Counted from the first letter of the whole stretch, positions 1 through 12,571 are shown. The stretch: DNA of 63,953 nt, filler included, from Reticulomyxa filosa (GCA_000512085.1; 25 parts of 25 records of this genome joined end to end with filler, not necessarily neighbours in it); one strand, 5' to 3'. Program-made: numbers and translations. The notes: a model not told the origin generated them from the letters alone.

Positions 1-542
1 TTTTTGTAAGTCCAAAAAAAACAACAACAACAAAAAAGTCTTAATAATTCTATTCAAAAGGCAGAAAGAAAAAGAGTGAGCAACAAAAACATACAGATTC
101 GATGCTTCAGATCCAAAGGCCAGACATTTTAATTCATTGTCCAACAACAGGTGTGTTTTTGTTTTCAAATCTCTATTCGTTCGACTGGCCAAGTCGGTGA
201 CAATGTGCACGATATTACCCGTTGGAAGTGTTATTCCCAACGCTGTTCAACACACAAGCTTTAAAATATAATATTATCGAACACGTCACTTTTTTGTTTG
301 TCTTAGAGCGAGAGAAAAAAAAAAAAAAAAGCAACTACTACCACACCTGTGCCGTCTGTTCCAAAATCAATTGCCACACAACATTCAAGTCCTTCCTTTT
401 TGTTCGCATGTCCAGTAGTAGGATCCTCCGAACCTTTTCAGTTCAAACAACACAATATGCTCTTTTCTTTATGCAACGGTAACACATACTTACTTATTTT
501 TTCATCTTCATCATCGTGAAAGCCTTCACCTGGTGTTGACAT
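1..542 (-). CDS. Hsp70-family protein (HSPA12-like), 5' exons, truncated by window start
   Basis: Manual minus-strand translation: ATG at 542 (MSTPGEGFHDDEDEKN, GTAAGT donor). The next exons give KEGLECCVAIDFGTDGT (Hsp70 phosphate-1 motif, VAIDFGT typical of HSPA12) and KTKTHLLLDNELKCLAFGSEA. Confidence 0.7.
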
Positions 543-905
543 TCTTTTTTATTTCTTTGAAGGAATTATGCAAAAAAGAATAAAAATCTTTGTACAAAAG
601 TTGAGGAATCCCTCAAATCCATGCAACCAATAAAATCAAAGTAACTGTAACTTGTCTAATTCTATTTTTACTTAGTTACTATGTCAATAAATCACAAATA
701 CAGAGCTGAGTTATGCACAATGTTCAAAGACGTTAATGAATCAGCTAAGCAACGCGAGACATACTTTCTAGTTTTTGTACACGTGATGGCATGAAGCGTT
801 ATCAAGTTAATCAAAGAGGTTACTGAACATTTTGAGCGTGCTAGTGTTTTTTTTTTGTGTTGAACCAAATAAAAGTCTTTCGAGCCGCAGGAAAGAAACT
901 GTGAA

Positions 906-1796
906 ATGGCGCATATTTTGACCTCATTTGTTCATACCTATTCTTCACTGGTTTGAAAAAAGGCAACACATTTGTTTTGAAACAAGTCAGAACAACAAAC
1001 CGAAACAACATAAAAAAAAAAAAAAATGAACGGAACGGGGAACGCACAAGCGTAGTCGATGAAATATCCGGTCAGAACAAGCATGTGCTCTACGTCAATA
1101 ATAGGTTTCTTTGGTGACATATTGTCTCAAAAAATTGAGAATCATTATCGCACTAGTGATGGATTGCCAAGACCATTCCAGTGGCAATATGGTCGATCAC
1201 TAAGATTCGCGTTTGTGGGCTGTCTTTTGGGTGCGCAATTGTCGTTGTGGTACACTTTTCTCAATAGAAATTTCGGAGGTACAACACTAACGTCGGCATT
1301 TCGACAAATGTTTGTGGATCAAGTGTCCTTTTCCCCTTATTGTGTTGCCTTTGTATTCGCAGCGAATACTTTTCTTGTTAGTTTTTTTTCCTCTATCTTT
1401 TAAGATGAGACTATTCCTTAGTTTTGCAAAAAGGTAGGCTTTTGTATGATAGGATCATAGGTCGAAAGAGCAAGTGGTGAACCGCTTGAAGGTACAGTTT
1501 TGGACGGCTTACAAAACGAGTTTGTCTGTCTGGCCTTTCACACAAGTAATCAATTTCTTTCTCATTCCGTTGCATTATCGTGTATTGGTTGTTAACTGGT
1601 TAAGTCTTTTTTTTTTTTTTTTTTTTTTAGAAAAAAAAAAAATAACGTATCGGTTATTTTTTTTTTTTTTATGTTTTGCAATACTTATTAAAGCGTGGCA
1701 TTGGGTTGGAATGGATACATGTCGTATATGCAACATGTGGAAATTGAGCATCCACATTGCGACCAGGTTGAAGAAGTACAAATTAATCAACAATAA
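906..1796 (+). CDS. Mpv17/PMP22 family membrane protein, 4 exons
   Basis: Exons approx. 906-950, 1056-1376, 1453-1598, 1694-1796 with GT..AG introns. Motifs YPVRT..[60 protein letters not shown]; TAA at 1794-1796. Confidence 0.9.
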
Positions 1797-2819
1797 GTTT
1801 TTCTTTTTTTGTATACTATCAATTTGAATTAATTTGTCCATGAAGTATTTGGTGATTGGTAACCCTTTTTTTTTTTTATATATTGTCTTTGTATCACTAT
1901 TTTTTTTTTCTAATTAATCAATTTTAAATCCTTTCTTTTTTTCCACCGTAAAATGCTCAAGTGGCAAACTTCCAAATTTGGTAAGGAGAGAACTATTGAT
2001 ACGACTTTCCTTTGGAAATTTCCTATGAAAAATTATTTGATGTTAATTCAAAATGTACGATTCACAAAAAAAAAAATCAAAAATCGACCCTTAGAAGCGT
2101 TGAGATAATTTAATAAAATTTTTTAAAATAACATTTACAGTCCATGATTTAAAGTTTGAAAAAACTCGTATACTCTTTATTTTTATGTAAGCACCGTGTT
2201 TCCTTTTCACACAAAAGACTAAAAAGTTATTCAATAGAAGCAGAATAAATACATGAATATTTTAAAAGTATTTCTAAAAAGCAACACAAGCATACTTTTA
2301 GATTCTGCACGGTTTGTAAATATTATTTTAAAAACTTTTAAAATGTTTTAATTTTGTGTTGGAAAAAAGTGTGATGTCCAGTTTTGGAGTGTGCTCTTTT
2401 TGACAACCTAAAATGCGTGACCGGAGAAGAGTAACTCAAGGATCTATAACAAGAAGAAGATAACAACTCTTTGAAATATGGATTACTGATCAAAATTAAG
2501 TACAAGTTTCCCCGAAGCAGTCATAATTCCTTGCAATCCAAAGCCTCCATAGTATACGAGGCAGGAGAAAGCGTAGGAAAAAAGAAAAAAAAAACCACAA
2601 ACATTGATTAACTTTTGAACTAAGTAAATTTATCAACGTTTACACAACTTACAAGGTATTACTCTTTTTTTTTTTTTTTTTTTTTAAAAAAAAAATTTAC
2701 GAAAAAAAAAAATAAAATGGACTTTTTTTTCCAAATATTAATTAAGATGGAAAGAAGTTATGTGAGAAAAAAAAAACCAAGCTAAAAAACGAAGCATCAA
2801 ATGCATATAAACCAAGAAA

Positions 2820-3435
2820 TTATCTTGGTACGATTCTTTGACTTGTATGAGAATAGGAAAAGTTCCGGCCGACGGAGCTTGCTTGAGATGCAATGACAAT
2901 GTGTTTTTTGGTTTGGAATTCATACAAGCGTTCCAAGCGATGGTCACAAGGTTGGCACAAAGATTCATAGGTGAAGCATTTGAGAATGGGGTTTTGAAAA
3001 GACAAATGAAAAGTGAAATACTCACAAAAAGCACTCACTCCAATTTGCAAAGACAGAACGAGGATAAACAATTCCGTGCGTCTCACCATCGATTGATTGA
3101 TCCCAAAAATCAGCAAGTACACAATCACAAGCAGTGATCCGCACACGCTCACAGTGGAGCATATTTCCAAAACAGTGTATCTGGTCATTACCGCGATCAA
3201 TTGCTGGCTTTTTCTGCCAGCGATGTGATTTGAGTAATTTCTTCCAGCGTCAACAAATGAGGCCGAACCACCGTAGGTGCACGTGCTGCGACATTGTAGT
3301 GGTTCGTCGACTTTCTGTCGATCGAGTTATTACTTTCGGTCTCGTTGCTTTCTACCAGCATCAATTGGGGTTGGGATTGGTGTTGGTGTTGTACTTGGTT
3401 GTGATCTCTGTTGTCCTTCTTATTGGGTGTCTCCA

Positions 3436-3467
<32 letters not shown>

Positions 3468-4692
3468 ACTATTGCTATCATTTTGTTATTATCTTTCTCC
3501 TCACATTTTTCTTTGGTTTTGTCTTTGTCTCCATTCGTCATTGTCGTCGTCGTCGTCGTCGTCGTCATCGTTGTTGTTGTCGATGAGCTCTTTTCCAATA
3601 TGTCATCTCCATTGTCTTGCACTGGCTCGATTTTTATTTTGGAGGTGGTTGTTATGCCTCTTAATTGATTTATCCTTATTTATTATTATTATTATTATTA
3701 TTATTTATCATTAAATATATATATATATATTTAATGATAAATAATAACTGGTAAGAGGCTGATCTCAAAAAATCAGGATCCATCCCCGCTTCTTGACGCT
3801 CTCTTGTTAGTTGCCTCTTCAATTGCAAATCGGCGGTAGAGGCCACGACTTCTTGCAACTTGATAACAAACAAGCCGCAGAGCCACACGGTAAGCAAGAT
3901 ATGGGAAAATAGCGTCAGCGAGAACAACACTAGCACGACGGGTGATTGCGTACCTCCTTCACTGGTTTGCCACCAAAAAAATCCAATTACGCACATTATC
4001 ACATTTAACAACGTCCATGACCACACCAATCCTACACTTCTGTGACTCAGCTCATAGACCGTTCCTTTGAACACTAACCTTACGCGCACTGCTTTGCAAG
4101 TTCATTGTTTGATGTACAACATACACATGCACACATATATGTACATATATATGTATATGTATATATGTACATACACATACACGTACATGCATGTGCATGT
4201 ACTAACGTGTGTCTCCAATTCTAACCCTGCACTTGTTTTATCTCCTTTATCTCTGTTTCTTCCCCCTCCTTCCTTCTCCCTCTCTTGTCTCATTGTTATA
4301 ATCTCAGTTTTTTTTTTTTTTTTTTTTTTTTTTTTGTCTCCAATGTGAATACGTCTTACGTGTTTCTCAAAGTTTTGTTAAACTTAAAATAAAACGTAGA
4401 TTGACACAAAGCCAATCACAGAAGTGACAAAATTAATCCCCGACACAACTTCTGGCATATACTTCTTTTTTGAGTTTTTCATGAAGAAAATCTCTGTCAC
4501 TAGGTTCATTATTATTGATACCATAAACGCACAAAATGATATCACTACTATTGCTGCTACTACCAACCTCGTTCCTTTTGTTTGTCTTTCTCTCAGAAAA
4601 TGATGCTGCAACAGAATGCTCATGCCGCATAGAAGGAATAACAACAGCACATGAACGATTAGGAAAACTATTTGCAATCCCAATGCTGTCAT
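2820..4692 (-). CDS. Multi-pass (7TM-like) membrane protein, multi-exon, with one apparent homopolymer frameshift
   Basis: ORFs 4384-4692, 3676-4089, 3197-3622 and 2820-3200 are collinear hydrophobic or linker segments. Adding one base to the T5 run near 3210 fuses the last two (SLAEKSQQLIAVMTRYTVL). A poly-T/poly-A/poly-Q-rich loop precedes the last two helices and a YESLCQPCD tail. Confidence 0.65.
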
Positions 4693-5049
4693 TTTTTAGA
4701 TTTTTTTCCTTCTTTGTAGAAGAAATAATTTTCCCTTTGTTACGTTCCGGATTTTTTATTTTAATGAAAAGCACGTGGCCTGTTTATGTTAAGGAAAGAT
4801 ACACACCTCAAGTGTCTTTTGGAAAAGCTCTGTTTCTTTTGGTGTTCCGATTGTTATCACAGTTTCAATAAATGCACTCTATCAAAGACAGTGGTCTTCT
4901 CACACATTTTAACGTGCAACATTTTTCAAAGAAAAGAAATTTTTTGCACTTCTACGGTGTCGAAACAACTTAAGACACGGACGTGCTGTTTGCAGTTTTG
5001 AAAACCCCTCTCGTAAGTCGAGTGAAAGATCAATCCAACTTTAGCCGAT

Positions 5050-6761
5050 ATGATCTTGAGTAAAAAAAGTTTGTTATTATTTTTTTTTAGCTTAAGTATA
5101 ATTATTGTGATATTCCTGCGCATTGGAGCAGTTGTCTCAGTACAGTCTCCTGACAGCACTGGTTCTGTAGATGTTGCGCCCGAAAAGCCAAGATCATACC
5201 CTTGGTTTATTGACAAAATGAAAGAAATTTCACAAAACAAAACAAATGCAAAAGTGTCACCGCGATCCCCAAAGCGACCCAACATTGTGTTCATCCTCAC
5301 TGACGACCAGGTACTTGAATTTTTGTGTCGCATTTAGAGAGGGCGAAAGAGGAGGGTAATGGAAGATGAGAAGAAATAAAAGGGAAAGAAAGACCCAAAA
5401 AAAAAAACATCAAATTGTTTGTCCGTGTTGTGTTTGTACTTTTTGGGTGCCATTGGAAAAAAAAAAAAAAAAAAAAAAAAGGATTTAATATTGGACGGAA
5501 TGTCATCGATGCCAAAAACGCTGTCATTGTTGAGCGAAAAAGGGATGACATTCAACAACGCGTTTGTGACGAACCCAGTGTGCTGCCCTTCACGAGCATC
5601 GATTCTGACAGGATTGTATCCTCACAACACAGAAGTGTATAACAACAGCCGCCGACCATGGGACGGCGGATGCCACCCGGCGCGTTTCCTGTCGTTCATC
5701 GAGCATTATTCGTACCAGCGGTTTTTGCATGATGTTAACTACCGACCGATCGACGACAGCACGAAACGCAAGCTGCCGGACAATTGGCGCGGGACGTACG
5801 ACATCGAGCAAAATGACCTTCGTAGCCATTTGTTCCAAGCCGTGTCATTTGACGAGCAGTTGTACAAGCATTCTAAAAACCTGCATCGCACACATTCTGA
5901 GTACATGACCTTTCATGCAGGCAAATACCACAACGAATACTGTTGTTATGTTCCACCAGGTACCAACTAATTATTATTTTTTTATTTATTATTATTAAAT
6001 TGTATACTTGTTGTATACGTATGTGTAGGTCGGTCTCAAAAAAAAAAAAAAAAAAAACAAAAAAAAAATAACCTTCACATCCCTCTTTCTAAAGATAACA
6101 TTATTTATTTATTCTATAAAATTTGTTTGTAATAGGGTGGGACATGTGGCGCACCAATGATGGAAATAGTCGCTATTACAATTACAAAATAACCAACGAG
6201 AATTGGCAGGACACATTCTATGGCGAATTCTATCCGCAGGACTACTTGACCGACAACATCAAGTTGTGGTCGCTCGAGTTCTTGCGAAATTACGAAACCT
6301 TCCGCAAACGCTATTACAAACGCGAACTGAAAGAGGTGGCGCCGTTTCTCATGGTGATCAGTGTGCCCGCAGCACATAACCCATTTCGACCTGCGCCGCA
6401 GTACCAAAACCTCAGCGCAAAGTTGCCGCCCGCACCTCGCACGCCCAACTTTGGACGCTGTGGCAAGGACAGCGGAGATAAACACATTCCTGTGCGCGAG
6501 GCGCCATGCTTGGACGAGTCGAGGATCAATCACATCGACATTTGCTATCGAGAGCGTCTGGGGACGTTGATGAGTGTGGACGACTTGATTTATGACGTTC
6601 ACCAATTCATCGACAAGGAGATGGGGTTGATTGATGACACTTATTTCTTCTTCACCAGCGACAATGGTTATCATTTAGGGCAAAACAGCTTGATGTATGA
6701 AAAACGACAACCTTACGAAACTGACATTCGGGTCCCTTTCTATGTCAAAGGCCCTGGTTAA
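5050..6761 (+). CDS. Formylglycine-dependent sulfatase (N-acetylglucosamine-6-sulfatase/Sulf-like), 3' truncated
   Basis: N-terminal signal anchor, [11 protein letters not shown]|DLILDGM across intron 5311-5481, catalytic [51 protein letters not shown]. Confidence 0.92.
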
Positions 6762-6821
6762 AAGTCTTCGTTGTTTATTTTTTTTTTTTTTTTTTTAATG
6801 GGTTTTTTTTTTTTTTTTTTT

Positions 6822-6921
6822 NNNNNNNNNNNNNNNNNNNNNNNNNNNNNNNNNNNNNNNNNNNNTTAATTAATTAANNNNNNNNNNNNNNNNNNNNNNN
6901 NNNNNNNNNNNNNNNNNNNNN
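6822..6921. other. Artificial contig-joining spacer (first of 24 identical ones)
   Basis: N44-TTAATTAATTAA-N44, with stops in all six frames. Spacers start at 6822, 7948, 10679, 12648, 14198, 15298, 16491, 20789, 22842, 24038, 25138, 26468, 28123, 29688, 34403, 35847, 38426, 40209, 47264, 48487, 51717, 53163, 57007 and 62641. Confidence 0.99.
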
Positions 6922-7430
6922 AAGCAAACTTCAAACTACATTTCAATCTTTCAGAAAGCTAGTTTGTGTTATATCTTGTTTGTGATACAATTAGTTAGAA
7001 GAAGATATTCAAATCATTATCCAACATTGGATTCGAGTATCACATGTTCAATTTGAATGAATTCATGCTTTTGACAAACTTGTTGTCAAATGAATTACTA
7101 AATACAATATTATCTGGATCATATGAAAAAAATATTCGTTTATGAGATATTCGATCAGGTCAACAAATTCAAGTGTTTAGTGGACACATAGATGTTGTAT
7201 GGGGTGTTGAATATTCACCATTTGTAATGAATTTGGTGGTAATTCAAATGTAATATGTTCTGGATCAAGTGATAAAATAATTTGTTTTTGAGATATTTGA
7301 TCAAATAAAAAGGAATTGCATACAATCAAAGAAGATAGTGAAATATCATGTCTTACATTTCTGCAATTAAAAAAGATAGTGTTAATTTGTGTTATGATCC
7401 AAACAATAATTGTATTTGTATTTGGGAATG
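6922..7430 (+). pseudogene. Degenerate WD40-repeat gene of the expanded family
   Basis: Reads NTILSGSYEKNIRL*DIRSGQQIQVFSGH and NVICSGSSDKIICF*DI*. It is similar to the intact copy at 60426-61817 but has in-frame stops at Trp codons. Confidence 0.8.
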
Positions 7431-8109
7431 ATATTATTTTTCCAAACATAAAAAATATGTTTGAGCGACTTGTTTGAATGAAATAATTCATTCATTTAAA
7501 AAAAAAAAAAGACAAATAGCTTACTATTTTTTGGTATTCAACAGTATTTTTTGTTAGATTTTTTAAATTTACAAAACAATTATTGTTCTGTGAAAAGATA
7601 TAGAAAAAATTTTCTTGGAATGAATTTGTTGTTTAAGTTCTCAAATTTATTCCTTTTATATGTTTTTGATGCCAAACATGTTTTGTTGTTGCAATATCCT
7701 TCATTAATTCACTCCTCCTTTACAACAAAAAAACAATGTGACTTAGGATTTCAACATTTGTCCAAGAAAGTACACAACTTGTTAAATTAACTTTTTATTC
7801 CAATATTGAGTTACCTTTTCGATTTTCAGACATTCTTAAAACTACAAAAAATTGAAAAAAAATCACATGTATTGTTAACTCCATTTTGCATATTAAACCT
7901 CATTCATCGTTCTTGACAGAAAAAAAAGCTCAATCATATATATCTCCNNNNNNNNNNNNNNNNNNNNNNNNNNNNNNNNNNNNNNNNNNNNTTAATTAAT
8001 TAANNNNNNNNNNNNNNNNNNNNNNNNNNNNNNNNNNNNNNNNNNNNAAACAACAAACAACAAACAACAAACAAGCAAAATTGCCAAAGAAATTTCAATT
8101 GAAAAAAAC

Positions 8110-8647
8110 TTTGGTAAACACAGCCAGCCGCTCTTCCATTGGCATATGCTCCCATGCTTTTTTTGCTTCTTGTGACGCTTTGATGGCTTGCTTCACAACG
8201 TCGGCATTCGCTTTGTGGTATTTACAAAGTGTGTGTCCGTGGTCTGAAGGAACTACTTGCGTTCCAATGTCTCCTGTTTTGATCTCTTTTCCGCCAATAA
8301 CACATGGAATTTCGGGTACTTCGCTGCGACATTTCTTTTATTTTTTTGATTATTTTCGTTGTTTGTGTAATTTCTTATTTTTAATGGTCTTTCCTTAACA
8401 TTTTCATATACCCAAAAAAAAAAAAAATAATAAATAAAAAATATGCAAATGATGGAAAAAAAAAAAACTCAACTCGTAATGCCTCTTTCAGAGCTGCTCG
8501 CTCGGGCGAATTTGGGGCGTAGTGCTGAAATGGCTCATTATGAACACGAGGAAGTGTGATTTTTCCAATGGAGAAAAAACGAGATAAAGGCAAAGTGCGA
8601 TCAAAAGCACACCCTCTGCGAGAAACAGCTGCTGAGAAAATGGACAT
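8110..8647 (-). CDS. Delta-1-pyrroline-5-carboxylate dehydrogenase (ALDH4A1/Put2-like), first two exons, truncated
   Basis: Transit-peptide-like Arg/Ser-rich N-terminus, then LPRVHNEPFQHYAPNSPERAALKEAL. Exon 2 reads EVPEIPCVIGGKEIKTGDIGTQVVPSDHGHTLCKYHKANADVVKQAIKASQEAKKAWEHMPMEERLAVF. Confidence 0.88.
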
Positions 8648-9899
8648 GGTTATGTCTTTTTTAGATTATGACGGAAAAAAATGTTCAGCAAGTTTGTACA
8701 CCCCCCCCCCAATATATGCACAATATCGCCAACAAAACAAAAATAAATAAGTAGCAATAAAACAACAATATCATATATCAACAATTATTGAAAATTTTAA
8801 AGTAATTTTTTTTTAAATTTTACTAATAAGTATTTGTTAAGTCATATTCAAAAGTATTTGTTTCAATAACCATACATATTTATATTGTTAATATTAAGGT
8901 ATACTTTCTGATTTTTATACTAGTTTATAAATTAAAAACTAATATTAATATAAATATCTTTTAAGTTCAGCTTTTTATTCTCAGTTACTGCAATTAAACT
9001 ATTTCAAATTGACAAATTTTTAAAAAATAAAAAGATTAGTTTATTTTTCATTTAGAAAATCTATTTTATTCATATTTGTGTCATTTAGATCTGACTATTG
9101 TAAAATATTATATTCAGGTGCCGTTTTAGGTGTCAACTTTACTTTGCATTATACTGTAGTTCAAGAATTGGTTCAATCAATCAAGTTTATCACCAAATGC
9201 AACACGTTCAACGATTTTATCGTCGACTTTTTGCAAGTCCACCACTTAGTCACCATGTTCGGCTCGTCGAACAAGCAAAACAATCCAAAGATGTTCGTTT
9301 GGGCATCAAAAAACATTTTGCAATAACATAAACACGATAATTTTTTTTAAAAAAAGGTGAATGAGGTTTTTTTTTAAAAAAATGAAATTTCTTAAAAAAA
9401 AGGTTGGATGATTTTTTGCAAGATATAAATTTTTTTTAGTTAACCTTCAATCCAAGACTGTAGTGGTATTTCTTGTGTTTCTCGTTTGTGAAAAGCTAAT
9501 TTCCTTTTTTTGTGAACATTAATTTGTGTCTTGTGATGTTTGTCAAAATGGCTTGCAAGTAGTACAAGCACAGTTTTTCTCGCTTATAAGCTTTTTTTGC
9601 TCTTTTTCTAATACTATTGTTTGTGTTTCGTTTATTGCTTTGTGATTTCCATTTGCATTACTACAATCATTCGCAATATCATTTGTAGTATAATCTTTTG
9701 TACCATTTCATCATAATATTATCGATTCAATCAACTTATTATTGTTGTTTGTTCGAATTCTTTTGCTCAAAGTACTCATTGTCGTATCAAAGCTTTCACT
9801 AGCATTCATATCAATAACTCTTCGTTTTTTCGCAATACTACTGCGATTTGAGCTTGTATCCATTGTGGAGTTGTGTCAGTGTTAATTGAAATAGTTTAG

Positions 9900-10230
9900 C
9901 GGCTGGTATATTATTACTTGGTTTTTTTTTACGATGATAGTTTGTATATACATATAACATATTTTTTGACACTTTGTGGTCAAATTTGATAGAAATTTTT
10001 GATTATGTATAGTTGTACTTCTAAGCGAATATAAAAATGCGTTAGTGTCATATGTATATGCGCTAATGCTGTTACGAGTCCACCACTCTAGCTCGATATA
10101 GTTACCAAAACATAATTGCCTTTTGGCAACACAATTGTAGGGTTGATCATTTTCTATCATATTTCTTATAAAATGCGAATGCTTCATCACAATATCTACA
10201 TCCACGATACAATAATTGTACTTTTGTTTG
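9900..10230 (-). pseudogene. Degenerate TLDc-domain remnant
   Basis: Broken-frame motifs AFYKKYDRK*STL, FGNYIELEWW and YDTNAFLYSLRS resemble the TLDc consensus FH..CD.KGPT / FGGY / D..AFLFSL. Confidence 0.5.
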
Positions 10231-10623
10231 CTTGCTTTTTGGAAGCCACTTCAGCAACTGGCCCACTTCTTCATTTTTGATTATGATTTAATCCAAAAAC
10301 TTGTCCGTTAAATATAATATCGCAAATCACAATAGTTTTATTGAATCCTGAATTTTGTTTTTTTACAATAAATTTATTAAGATAAAAGTATTTTTAATGA
10401 TCTAGCTATTACAACACAATACTAATTTTAATTGTTAAATATAGCATAGTTGTAGATAATTTGCAACGTTATTTTTATTGTTGTGATAAATAAAACCCAG
10501 GACCCAGGTAAAAGTAATTTGTCGAATCCTTAAAATCAATTATATATATTATTTGTACCAATCATATAGTGAAAAGCAAAATTGATTATACATAAAAATA
10601 ATATAAAAAAATTAATTATTGTA

Positions 10624-10678
10624 CAGTATGTTGCAAAGAAAACTGAACGCATAAAACGATATCATATGATGATAATTG
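10624..10678 (+). mobile_element. Putative Tc1/mariner-superfamily terminal inverted repeat (copy 1)
   Basis: TA|CAGTATGTTGCAAAGAAAACTGAACGCATAAAACGATATC runs into a contig break; it recurs at 14178-14197 and, reverse-complemented, at 51817-51856. Confidence 0.6.
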
Positions 10679-10778
10679 NNNNNNNNNNNNNNNNNNNNNN
10701 NNNNNNNNNNNNNNNNNNNNNNTTAATTAATTAANNNNNNNNNNNNNNNNNNNNNNNNNNNNNNNNNNNNNNNNNNNN

Positions 10779-12571
10779 CGAATGCAAATGCGAATGCAAA
10801 TGCGAATGCGGATGAACAGCAATATCAATCTCGGCAGGTACATCAGCAGCAACAAAGTGGAGTTTTGTCGCCGCAAGTAAGACTAGCGTTATTAAAACAA
10901 AACACGCTCAAAGGATATGAAGACGATGACTCGCAGCCCGTGGCACCGTCGTTTGTATTTTCCAATCGTGGTGTTGATGATGATGCAGCGAACACCACCG
11001 CCGAAACAGAGGTCACCCTCGTGGACTACAACAGCAACAATAACGAAAGCGATGCGTCTTCGGAGAATGGCGACGAAAACAAGGGCAGTCACAAAAACAC
11101 ATCGTGGGATTCCATACAACCGCAAGTGACTTACGCCACGGGCGAAGAGATGGACAAGCATCTTCACGTTGTTCAACCAGATCGAGATTCCAATCTCCAT
11201 TCCTCTTCCAAATTACAGCACCAACTCGGCAAGGACCTGGACCACAGCAACAGTTACACGTTCAGCCACGATCCTTGGCCCACTGGCTCCAGCAATACGC
11301 GACCAAATGAGAACCAGTACAAAGAGGATGAGGAAGAGGGATGGAAAGAAAACCATCACCATATGCGACGTGCCCCGTTTCATTTACTGCAAGAGGGAGT
11401 CAATGGACGTTTGGAGTACCCTCCGCACTTGCTGAAACGCGAATCTTCGCTGAACCGGTCCAATCGAGACTCGCAGAAGGGCTATGTGATTGATGGGTCC
11501 AACTCCATGTACACTGTCGAAGATGTCGAGGGGTCGGTTATTAGCATTAGCGATGTGCAGAATGTGGAAGATCATATCGAACAAACACTGACTGGGGAGG
11601 AAATCCAATTCCGAATTGGGTTCAATGGTTTTAATTGTAGTATTCATAATCATAGTAACAATGACCTTGTTCCCGAAAATTATTACTATCAGTGTTCAAC
11701 CCACAATTTGTACCCGCAAATCCAATTCCAACAAGACAAAGACAATATGATGAGAGAACAGGAAGAGGAGGAAATGATCATTCCAAATAATCCATCTGTC
11801 GAAAAGATTGCTTTGAATGAGGAGTATAGCTTGTATTTGGCCCACATTTACGAATTGATTCTGACCATCATCCGCGTATACAATGCGCAAATGAAAGAGC
11901 ATGTGCATCAAAAGTCGACGGAAACGGCGACCACAAAAGCGTCGATGCCTTTGCATTTGGAGGACAACCGAGATGGACTGCTATTGTATTGGTTCGACGA
12001 ACAATGTAGCAATGGATTCAATTTCAAAAAGTCGTTGGAATTGATATCCCTCTGCCGTTTGTTTGATTACAGTGACTATGCCAGCCAACTGCCAATGTGG
12101 TATTCCTCCTTTGTTGTCTCCGTCGGCGAGCTGCTTCTGAAATTGGTCAAAAAGTCCGAGTCTATCGTCACCGAACTGATCGAAAAGTATCACCTCATCC
12201 ACATGCTGTGCTTAGACATTTTGCAGCCTTACTATTACGATATCGACATTGTATCGTTGGTGTTCAGCATGCTGCGACAGCTGTTGTCCAACCAAGAGTG
12301 GGCGTACATGTTGTTGGAGCCCGAATTCTTTGACGTGGTCATGGACGTGAGTGGGCCGTGGTGGGCCAAGTCCACCTCCCCTACCACTGCGGCTCAAAGC
12401 AAGCCCACGTCCACCAAAGCTGATGATGCTGTCGTCCACGAGGCCAATCAACAAAATATCCATGCGAGAAAGGAGTTTCATACTCAAATGGATATACTTA
12501 AATTTTTCGTCGACTTGTCCGTCACCAATCCGTTTGATTTGTTGGAACATGATGTTATGAATAAAGTTTAG
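10779..12571 (+). CDS. Hypothetical protein fragment (disordered N-terminal half, helical C-terminal half)
   Basis: 568-aa ORF whose frame is open back to the contig start through (AATGCR)n = (NA)n. No family recognised. Confidence 0.75.

Noticed and set aside
3134-3714. Overlapping poly-Cys/Leu/Val/Arg ORFs here and at 21848-22663
   Set aside because: Shadow frames of trinucleotide and 12-mer coding repeats on the opposite strand.
4121-4205. (TA/CA/TG)n quasi-palindromic tracts, also near 12590, 20917, 26670 and 39670
   Set aside because: Ordinary intronic microsatellites.
6866-6877. Regularly recurring TTAATTAATTAA that could be mistaken for a repeat array or CRISPR
   Set aside because: It is always centred in an N-spacer; an artificial six-frame stop linker.
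7140-7300. In-frame TGA at Trp positions suggesting UGA=Trp reassignment
   Set aside because: Occurs only in decayed copies that also carry deletions and other stops; intact genes use TGG for Trp and end in TGA (e.g. PP2A B'', CFAP206).
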